In this document: positions 14,193 to 23,623 of the stretch, one piece after another
How positions within the stretch are numbered: the first letter of the stretch is position 1
Layout: every line of letters starts with the position of its first letter
Assembly: GCA_051294375.1 (NCBI GenBank)
Contig: CM119270.1
Coordinates: 640,727-681,192, forward strand
Length of the DNA stretch: 40,466 bases
Source of the DNA: Paraspadella gotoi
Taxonomy: Eukaryota; Animalia; Chaetognatha
Direction: 5' to 3'
Notes under the pieces: generated by a model
What the model was told of the DNA's origin: nothing
Database searches by the model: none
Seen by the model: the letters and a program-made list of their open reading frames with translations, nothing else
Program-made: the position numbers and the translations under genes

Positions 14193-15069
14193 ATTAAAGG
14201 AAAAACGATTTGATTTTTAACAACGATTTGTTTTTATTTAAACAATGAACATTAACAATAATCTAATAATAAATTAAGTGAAAAGAGAATATGAAATGTG
14301 AAATTTGAAATTTACATTTGATTAGGGAGAGATAAGTTAAAGAAAAGAAAGTGAAATATAAGAAATAAGATAGAGCTCAAAGTGAGCAGTCGGCAGGCGC
14401 AACAGGCCAGAGAGATATAAGAGTGGCCCTAGGGATTCTCCCGCAAGGCGAAATCCCCAACCTAGCTTTCATCGGCTCAGAAGCCCTCTCCTCTCAACCT
14501 ATGACTCGCTAATGACCATCAGCCCTTGTCCTCCATTTGTTCTACCAAGGGGACCCAGCTCACTTTGAGCTCTATCTTATTTCTTATATTTCACTCTCTT
14601 TTCTTTAACTTATCTATCCCTTATCAAATGTAAATTTCAAATTTAACATTTCACATTCTCTTTTCACTTAATTTATTATTAGATAATTGTTAAAAATCAC
14701 TAATCAGTTTAAAGACTTTATATCATTGTTGCACATTGCACAAATGTAGAATTCTTTGCACTGTTTCTCTCTCTCTCTCTCTCTTTTATTCACCATTTTT
14801 ACTTCATTTCAAAAACTCACTCAATCTGTCCTGACCTTTCAGCCTTTCCTCACTTCTGATCACTGTCCTGTCTCACCACTATGTTGGAAAACTTTTACTC
14901 TCATTCTCTATCTCTCTCTCTCTCTCTCACACACTCTTTTTATGCACAACAATTTTTCAAACTATGAAATAGAGATAATGCTGATGAAGACTAGAAACAA
15001 AAGTCGAAACATGTTCATTTTTTAAATAAAACAAATCGTTGTTAAAAATCAAATCGTTTTTCCTTTAAT
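14193..15069. mobile_element. Foldback element with nested inverted repeats and a hammerhead; probably Penelope-like pseudo-LTR derived, non-autonomous
   Basis: Outer IR 14193-14252 / 15011-15069 (about 60 bp). Inner IR 14253-14387 / 14558-14692 (about 135 bp) around a 170-bp GC-richer core. Hammerhead at 14977-15019 followed by AATAAA. Confidence 0.65.
14977..15019 (+). ncRNA. Minimal type I hammerhead ribozyme motif (Penelope-like type)
   Basis: aatg-CTGATGA-a-gact-agaaacaaa-agtc-GAAAC-AT-GTT-catt: stem I aatg/catt, stem II gact/agtc, palindromic ACATGT stem III, GUU cleavage triplet. Confidence 0.75.
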
Positions 15070-15259
15070 AGTCCACATTGTAATTTTATTGCTCATTTAT
15101 TTATATTTTTTTAAACAATGAGTACATAAATATACATGTACAGCTCATTAACAATTGAATTGTTAATGTGTTAAACTTTCACATTTTGAGCATAATAAAT
15201 CAAATCAAAATCAAAAGTGACGGGTTGCTAAATGTAAAACGAGAGAGAAAGAGAGAGAA

Positions 15260-15305
<46 letters not shown>

Positions 15306-16703
15306 AGCAGAGATAGAGGGGAGGAGAAAAAGAATAAGGGAAAATTGATACTCAATACTCAATAATATGTATGAGTATTTTTTAGGATTATGTACACTCG
15401 GTATAATAATAGCCTTGACTAAGAGAATACATTTTGATTCCATGTTAATTTGTTTCCTAATTTTGCCTAATTTTTGTGAAAAAAAAGAAAAAAAATATTT
15501 TTTTCTTTTTGTTAAATTTTAATGTTGTTTTAATGATATTTTTTTCTAATTTGATATAAACAATAAGAGATTTCGGTTTCGCTCATTTGTGAAAAATCCT
15601 TCCGCCGAAATTTCCTCACGGTGAACTTCTCACAAACATTGAATCGCAACTCTGATCATTTATGAATCTTCACATTTCCCTTTGACTCGTCCACTTTTCA
15701 CCTTTTCTCCTCTGGCTAAATAAAATAAAATCAGAAAAAAATAATAGTGAATTGTGAATCTTTAAATATTTATTTTAAAATTGTGAATTGTGAATGTCTA
15801 TTAAGATGGATCTGAAACATTTTTTTTCCAGAAGCCTTTGCCTGATTTTTCCTTTACCTAACACATAACATTACAACAAAAATATGCATATTGTTCGGGA
15901 TCACGCGCATTTTTTATATTTTACGTATTTTTAACAATCGCATTCCGTTACTGGATGAGAATTTTAATACTTTGAACACTTTAAATTATATTATTTTTTG
16001 GTAAAAATTAAAATTTGTTGTTCAAGAAAGAACCAGAAACTTGTTGTGAGACAAAGTTCAGCTTGTAGACAGAAAATTGAGACTAGAAAATCATTCAAGA
16101 TTTTTAAAGTCCATTATTCGATGACGATATATCCTTTATTTCTTTTACAATCATAATTTTGTTAAATTTTTAATAGATCTTGGGAATCGGTGCAATCGTT
16201 AATGATACAGTTTTATTAAAATTATGCTTTATGCAGTGAAGACTTTTTGGTAATCAGTTTTTGCTTAAAAGTAAACTGAAATGGCAACAGTCGGATTACC
16301 TGTAATGCTCACTGGAATGGGACATCTGACTGTTGGCTTTAAGGGCTTCCGACCCTCAGTGATGCCTCCAGTCACTGGCGCGGTTACCCAAGGACTGTTT
16401 CAGACAACTTCACAATCAGCGTTAAAAATTAAATGTTAAAATTTGGAAGAGAAAAATGAAAAAAGGGACTCCGAGCTTGAGAGTCACTTTGATTATACAT
16501 TGAACATTTTTTTTAGGTCAACATAAACGTCAAATAGTTTTCTAACTCATAAATGTTATAAGAATAAATGTTAATAAATGTTAAGAATAAATGTTAATAA
16601 ATGTTAAAAGAATTACGATTTTAATCAAGTCTTTCTGTATCAATCGTGAATGAAGACGGGTAAAGATGGTACAACTTTAGAATTCCATTATTTATCTGCT
16701 ATG

Positions 16704-16829
16704 TCTGCTATGTCATTATCTTGTAAGAGTGATGGAGGCCTTAAACCACCAAAGCCTGTCCAAAGTCAGGGGCAAGATAGCTTATTTATTAAATGAATGG
16801 ATAATTTTTATATTGGTTGTACCAATTTC
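16704..16829. repeat. About 125-bp interspersed repeat (also at 31798-31921 and about 6686-6815)
   Basis: Near-identical ctgctatgtcattatcttgtaaga...gcctgtccaaagtcaggggcaagatagcttatttatt...ggttgtaccaattt at unrelated loci. Confidence 0.8.
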
Positions 16830-16907
16830 ATAATAATATAATATAATACCATCGCATAAAAATTAACTGTTACGAAAATTAATTAATTATCTTTCAATAT
16901 TTTTTTC

Positions 16908-17038
16908 GAGACAGTTTGAGTTTAGTTTTGACAACGATTTTATTTAATTCAAAAACAGACATGTTTCGGCTTTATTTCAAGCCTTCATCAGCGCTGAATT
17001 AAATAAAATCGTTGTCAAAACTAAACTCAAACTGTCTC
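16908..17038. repeat. Perfect 44-bp inverted repeat enclosing a hammerhead core
   Basis: 16908-16951 is the exact reverse complement of 16995-17038. Confidence 0.9.
16954..16995 (-). ncRNA. Minimal type I hammerhead ribozyme motif (Penelope-like type)
   Basis: Minus strand agcg-CTGATGA-a-ggctt-gaaata-aagcc-GAAAC-AT-GTC-tgtt: 5-bp stem II, palindromic ACATGT, GUC triplet. Confidence 0.8.
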
Positions 17039-17164
17039 TAATCGTCCCAAACAACGAAAAGAAAGGATTTATATCACAATATTTTTTTTCAAAAAATGTA
17101 AAAATGAATCTTGGGATCTTTCTTAGTTTATATCTATGCACAATTATCATTCATTTTTGGATAA

Positions 17165-17317
17165 GGCGCTAAGTGGGTTGAAGACGTAACTTCTGTGCCC
17201 CATCAGCAGCAATGGAACCGACCGACCTCAGGCTTCCCGCAGGGTAAATACCGGGTTGGGATTGAACCCGGTACATAGTGGTTGCGAGCAAATGGCTTTA
17301 CTCAAAGAGCAACCAGG
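17165..17317 (-). mobile_element. Degenerate tRNA-derived SINE-like fragment
   Basis: Minus strand has an A-box-like tggttgctctttgagtaaagc and a B-box ggttcaatccc at tRNA-like spacing, followed by a GC-richer body. No intact cloverleaf. Confidence 0.4.
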
Positions 17318-17827
17318 GTAAACTTATGCAGTACCCGACGACATATTTATAATTGCTAAATTATTTAAAAGATTTAAAAACGAAGTAAAATCTTGAAAGT
17401 GGGACACCAAGAGAGCAACTCAACCAACTTTTGCTAAGAGAAAGTAATTATAATTTATTAAAATATTTAAATGGTTATTTATAAATTCTTTATTTTAATT
17501 CTTCTCTAATATTATCAATAACAACTACCAATTCTCTCCAAAACTAAAAACTAAAGAGAATTTTAAGAGAACATTCGTGACGCTAAATACTGCGCTCTGA
17601 TTGGTTGATCAGTTCTCGCGGAGAAAGGAGATTTCATTTCGCTTGAATCTTTTGATCGGAGCATCGGATTCTCAAATCCGAGATCGTATTGACATCAATA
17701 ATTTCTAATATAAAAAATGCGTTTTTTTAAATTTTCACAATTTTTTTATGAATTTTCTTAATCAGCACTTATCAAAGTATAAGAAAAAACGACAGTCAGT
17801 TCTTAATTCGCTCCTCAATCCACCTTG

Positions 17828-18041
17828 CTGACTCAGACTCAGCTGACTCAGCTGACTCAGACTCAGAAGACTCAGCTGACTCAGCTGACTCAGACTCAGC
17901 TGACTCAGACTCAGAAGACTCAGCTGACTCAGCTGACTCAGACTCAAAAGACTCAGCTGACTCAGCTGACTCAGACTCAGAAGACTCAGCTGACTCAGCT
18001 GACTCAGACTCAGAAGACTCAGCTGACTCAGCTGACTCAGA
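17828..18041. repeat. Compound minisatellite of gactca / gactcagct / gactcagaa units; minus-strand Ser/Glu/Ala-rich ORF 17796-18044
   Basis: All units are 6 or 9 bp. The minus strand reads MSESAESAESSESES...ARWIEERIKN*. About 14 TGACTCA motifs. Noisy copy at about 7915-8135. Confidence 0.9.
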
Positions 18042-18047
18042 CATTGT

Positions 18048-19524
18048 CTATTTTCGCCAAACTGTTTCGTCACATCCTCTTCTCGTGACAATATGCAAAT
18101 GAGATTTGAAGTGAGGCTCGTAAGATAATAAATGAACAATCCAACAAATGATGCAATTCATTATTAACTCTGAAATTTTGTCGCCTTCTGCTTCCGATTT
18201 TTTTCATTTTTTGGCTAATTTACTCCAATAAACTTTATTGCATCACTTATTTAGTTAACATAAATAATTATAACTCACATTCTGTTGACGTCCGTGCCAA
18301 AACCAAAAATTGTTGTCATTCGTTAAAGACATTATTTTTCTTTCAAACTAAAAAAATATTTAATCAAAGGTCTGGGCTAATTACAACTTAATTTTGGTTC
18401 ATTATATTAAGATTAGATTTAATGATAAATTATCATCAGGAGATCGCATTTAGAATTATGATTTTTCTTTTCACTTACATTAGTTTGTTGTAGGTCAATG
18501 TTCTGTTTTTTTCCTCTTTTCAAAATCAAATCCTTACAGAAAAAAATTATCAAAATATAAGTAAAAAATGGAAATCAGTCAATCAGTCAATCAACCAATC
18601 AGAAAAAATTAATAAATCAATCAATGGGTAACTCTTTCATTCAAAAAATTAATCAAGTATTATTTAGTCAATTAATAAGTTATAAATCAAAAATTAAATC
18701 AATTAAGCAGTCGTTTGTTCAATCTATCAATCCATTGAATCAATCAATCGGTCAATCAAACCTTTAATCCTTGCATTTCTGGGCGCATGAATGGATCTTT
18801 CTCGTTCTTGTTCAAATCCTCTTCCTGTTCTTTGTCATCTGAAGGATAAGGCGAAGTAAGAGTTGCAGATCAAAATTTGAACAGTTGTTCAAGAACAGTC
18901 TTGTACTAAAGAACATTGATATATAAAAAATATTTTTTTTAATTTGTTAATTTTTGCATACGCCCATATTTATTATTTATACATAGTACTTACCATAAAA
19001 AAATGTCAAAATTTACAAATATTTTTTTTAGTTTTGAATTCGAATTCGAATTCCGATTCGAATTCCTCATAAAAAGTTGATAGAAGAAAATATAAGTCTT
19101 GATCAAAAATTCTTTCATTAAGTAAGCTAAAAATAAAAAAACTATATTTTTTATACTAAAATTAAATTATAGGTTATTAATAATAGTTTTTAAACATTTT
19201 GACCCACTTAATGAAATATTTTTTTAAAAAGAGTTATATTTCCTTTTATCAAGTTTTCGTGAGGAATTCGAATCTACTTTCTAAAATAAGAAAAAAACAT
19301 TTTACAATTTTAATATTTTCTATGGTGAGTACTATGTATAAATATGCGAAAATTGAAAAATAAAAATTTAAATTTTTTTTTATTTAAAAATGTTCACAGG
19401 TACAAGCCTGTTCGTAATCTACTATTTTGATTCTACTTAATTTTAATATTTTTGCTATGCTTTACTGAAGGATCAATAAATTCTCTCTCTTTCAGTCTTC
19501 TCTCTCTCTGTTTCTCTCTCTCTT

Positions 19525-19586
<62 letters not shown>

Positions 19587-19783
19587 TATTTCTCTCTCCC
19601 TCTCCCTCTCTCTTTCTCTCTCTCTCTCTTTCTTTCTCTCTCTCCCTTTCTTTCTCTTTCTCTCTCTCTCTCTTTCTCTTCCTTTCTCTCTCTCTCTCTT
19701 TTTCTCTCTCTCTCTCTACCTGCAAAAACTCCGATGGCGGCGAAGATGAACAGAACAGCACAGAAAAGAACAAGTTTCCCCAT
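18048..19783 (-). CDS. Small secreted protein / peptide precursor, paralog A (about 110 aa, 5 coding exons)
   Basis: Exons 19783-19720, 18838-18762, 18532-18479, 18347-18279, 18116-18048. All introns are GT-AG with compatible phases (1,0,0,0). Protein: MGKLVLFCAVLFIFAAIGVFA DDKEQEEDLNKNEKDPFMRPEMQGLK DLILKRGKKQNIDLQQTN FERKIMSLTNDNNFWFWHGRQQN PHFKSHLHIVTRRGCDETVWRK*. Four of five exon lengths match paralog B. The last exon is least certain (GAG acceptor). Confidence 0.75.
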
Positions 19784-20982
19784 CTTAGATTAAAAAATTA
19801 AAAAGAAAAATGAAATAAATATCGGGTAACTAATCCCAGATATCGTAAGAGGAAAAAATAAAAGGGAAAAACTCAGATCTAAAATTCTGTTTTGATGTAT
19901 CGAAAAGTTGCAGTAGTTTATTACTAAACATTAGACACTGAAAGAAATAATTAATTTAAGGAGAATATGCAGACAAAAATTAGTCTATTAAAATTAATGA
20001 ATGAAGTAAATAGCCTATAAAAATTCATTTATTTCCTTCATTTCCTTTTTTGTCCTATTTTCTTTTACAATTTCCTCCTTTTTCCTCCATTTTATTTTTT
20101 GTTTCTTTTTCCTCCTTTTTTCTTTTTCTTTGTCTTCTTGAGCAAACTATATTGAATCTACCTATGATAAATTAGTTTATCAGATAATGCATACAAAACT
20201 TTTTCTTTCGCTTCATAGCATAATAAAAATATACAAAAAGATAAAAGAAAGAGAACCACAATGTAATTCGAATTTCATATTTTGTTTTCTCTTTCTCTTT
20301 CTGTCTCTCACGTTCTCTTTTTCTTACGTTATTTCTCTTCATTAATTTTCGGTCAGGTTGTTAGTTTTTTGAACGCTTGTTTTCTGTTTTTATTTTATAA
20401 ATGTCCCCCCCTTTCTCTCTCTCTCTCTCTCTCCGGCTTTCGGTCGGCTAAAGGAGAGAGACCGGCTGGCCGATAACAAAGTGACGGGTCGCTAAATGTA
20501 AAACGAGAGAGAGAGAGAGATAGACAGAGAGAGAGGAGGAGGAGATAAACAATAAAGAGGTTATTATATAAGAGAAAATTGATACTCAATACTTAATAAT
20601 ATGTATAAGTATTTTTTAGGATTATCTAGGTATAATAATAGCCTAATTTTGCCTAATTTTAATTACAAAAAATTTTTTCTTTTTATTAAATTTTAATGTT
20701 GTTATATTGATTTTTTTCCTCATTTGATATAAACAAAAAGAGATTTCGGTTTCGCTCATTTGTGATAAATCCTTCCGCCGAAATTTCCTCACGGTGAACC
20801 TCTCACAAACGATGAACCGCAACTCTTGTCATTTACGAATTTTCACATTTTCCGTCGCCTTGTCCACTTTTAACTTTTCCTTCTCTGGCTATGAGTAACT
20901 TTTCTCTGCAAAAACAAAATCAGAAAAAAAATCATGTATTGTATATCATTAATGTTTTTTTTAAATTGTTAATTATGAATGT

Positions 20983-21871
20983 CTATTTTCGTAAAATTAT
21001 TTCGTCATATCCTCTTCTCGAGACAATATGCAAATAAGATTTGAGGTGAGGCTTGTTATAAAACAAATAAACAATCTAACTCAGAATTTTTGTCGCCTTC
21101 TGCTTACGATTTTTCACATTTTTTTGCTAATTTTTTCACTCAAAAAAACTTTAATGCATTACTTATTTAGTTTACATGAATAAATATAACTCACATTCAG
21201 TTGATGTCCTCGCCAGAACCAATAATTGGCGACATACGGAAAAGACCTTGTTGTCCTTTCTAACTAAAAAAAAATATTAAATCAAAAGTCTAGGCTAATT
21301 CCAACCAAATTTTGTTAATTATAATAAGATTAGATTTAATGATAAATTATCATCTGGAAATCACATTTAGATAGGGACCAACTCCGTTTGAGCATGTAAT
21401 CATTCTAAATTTTTGACTCACCCCATTGACTGGGGCTACCCCTAATTTAGAATTACAATTTTTTTTCTTTTTCACTTACTTTTTTTTCTTCTTTCAAAAT
21501 CCAATCCTGACAGAAAAAGTCATCAAAATACATAAGTCGAGAAAAATCAACAGTCAATCAACCAATCAGAAAAAATCAATAAATCAATCAATGGGTAACT
21601 CTTTCATTCAAAAAATCAATCAAGTATCAATAAAGTGATAAATCATAAATTAAATAAGCAGTCGTTTGTTCAATCTATCGATCCATTGAATCAATCAATC
21701 AGTCAATCAAACCTTTAATCTTTGCATTTTTGCGAGCATGAATGGATCTTCCTCGTTCTTGTTCAAATCCTCTTCCTGTTCTTTGTCAACTGAAGGATCA
21801 ATAAATTCTCTCTCTTTCAGTCTTCTCTCTCTCTCTGTTTCTCTCTCTCTTTTTCTTACCCTCTCTCTCGT

Positions 21872-21922
<51 letters not shown>

Positions 21923-23514
21923 TTCTTTCTTTATTTCTCTCTCTTTCCCTCTCTCTCTCTCTCTACCTCACTCTATCTTTCTTTCTTTCTTTCTTTCTCT
22001 CTCTCTCTCTCTCGCTCTCTAGAAATTTGGATGCTGCTTCCTCGTGCCTTCTAGCACCTCTCCACCAACTAGAGGAATGGTGTAACACATGATTTTTGGG
22101 TCCCGCCAAATCAAAATGTATACTAATCACTAGATGTAATCACTAAAACACTAGACCTTGTTTTATTTGTGCAGGTAGCTTTCACTGGGAAAAGTTTGAC
22201 AATTTGCAGCAACGTGCTATAAAAATATTTCACAAATTACCAATTCACATAGACAAACAAATAGCTTAAGATGCGGCCAGCATGATTTCCTTATCTGATT
22301 ATGTCAGAAATTTTTCAGTCCATAGACTAAAAGCTATAATTCGTAACAATTCTCTGTTTGATGGAATTATTGAACTCATTTCTAATAACACAATTTTTAG
22401 TCGGATCTGCTTTAAGCAGATCCCGACTCTATAATTCACTTTGTCCGTCCGTCGGTCCGCCCCCTCAATCTTGTCGGGCATTCACTTATAGCATGTCAGA
22501 ACATCGAATTATGATAAATTATGCAAAAAAAAACCATGTCCGTCCGTCCATCTGTCTGTCCGTCTGTCTCTCCGTCTGTCTGTCTGTCCCACCTTAGCAA
22601 AAAACACCCATTACTCGTGATCGTAGGGATGGATTGGAATGAAATTTTGTATGTGGTTAGGGAAGTGTGTGATTAAGCTGGAAATTAAGTTTCGATGGAA
22701 TCGTTTGAGTGGAAATGAGTTTAAATGGAAAAAACAAAAAACCTGTTTCACTAATAGATTATGCTGCTTTTTCTTTTTATATTAAATATAAATGCAAGAT
22801 GTAAAAATTAATCAAATAATTAATAAGTTAATTAATCAATTAGTCAATTAATTAATCAATAATTAATTAATCAGTCAATTAATCAATCAAAAACAAACAT
22901 TTCGGAACAAATTAATTAATTAATTGCCTAATTAAACTTGAATTAATTAATTATTAATTAATTAATTTGAATTAATTAATTAATTAATTGGGCTGATCCG
23001 ACATTGTTTTCTCAAACTTGTTACTAATATATCGTCAATATAATATTTGTTGGGATGGGATCGGGTATAAAATAAAAACAACTGTCTCAATTGTCAGTAA
23101 GAAACAACTGTCTCAATTGTCAGTTAGAAACAACTGTCTCAATTGTAGTTAGAACAACTGTCTCAAATTGTCAGTTAGAAACAACTGTCTCAATTGTCAG
23201 TTAAGAACAACTGTCTCAATTGTCAGTTAGAAACAACTGTTTCAATTGTCAGTTAGAAACAACTGCCACAATTGTCAGTTAGAAACAACTGTCTCAATTA
23301 TCAGTTAGAAACAACTGTCTCAATTGTCAGTTAGAAACAACTGTCTCAATTGTCAGTTAGAAACAACTGTCTCAATTGTCAGTTAGAAAGAGTTCACCAA
23401 AACTGTATATTTGAATGATTAAGAAGACGATTTGATTATTGATGTTGTTATCAGAAATTTTAAAGGCAGTTTGTGAAACGAGACGAAAGCTCACAATTAT
23501 ATTTTCAATTCAAT

Positions 23515-23559
<45 letters not shown>

Positions 23560-23623
23560 CTGCGAATACTCCGATTGCGACAAACATGAACAGAACAACG
23601 CAGAAAAGAACAAGTTTCCCCAT
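20983..23623 (-). CDS. Small secreted protein / peptide precursor, paralog B (about 101 aa, 5 coding exons)
   Basis: Exons 23623-23560, 21789-21713, 21506-21480, 21263-21195, 21051-20983, GT-AG and in frame. Protein: MGKLVLFCVVLFMFVAIGVFA VDKEQEEDLNKNEEDPFMLAKMQRLK DWILKEEKK LERTTRSFPYVANYWFWRGHQLN PHLKSYLHIVSRRGYDEIILRK*. The TAG is at the same position as in paralog A. Confidence 0.75.
21372..21444. mobile_element. 73-bp MITE-like insertion in intron 3 of paralog B
   Basis: taggg...cccta termini, flanked by direct repeat atttaga (21365-21371 / 21445-21451). The empty site is seen in paralog A at about 18448. Confidence 0.6.
22394..23022 (+). mobile_element. Helentron-associated / DINE-1-like non-autonomous element
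   Basis: T-rich start, 5' palindrome agtcggatctgc-tttaa-gcagatcccgact, (gtcc/gtct)n microsatellite, core atggatt...atgaaattttgtatgt, 3' sub-TIR gctgatccgac (22992-23002), small stem-loop and cttgtt end. Absent from intron 1 of paralog A. Confidence 0.6.
23076..23389. repeat. 26-bp minisatellite (agaaacaactgtctcaattgtcagtt), about 12 copies
   Basis: Head-to-tail copies with no spacers. Confidence 0.95.

Noticed and set aside
14428-14470. HDV-like ribozyme suggested by ggcgaa after a hairpin
   Set aside because: I could not build the P1/P1.1/P2/P3 nested pseudoknot. Only a simple hairpin is present.
19036-19066. gaattc/ttcgaa run as a heat-shock element
   Set aside because: The spacing does not match alternating nGAAn pentamers. 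It is a short tandem repeat.
23076-23389. CRISPR-like partly palindromic repeat array
   Set aside because: The repeats are contiguous with no unique spacers, there are no cas genes, and the context is eukaryotic.
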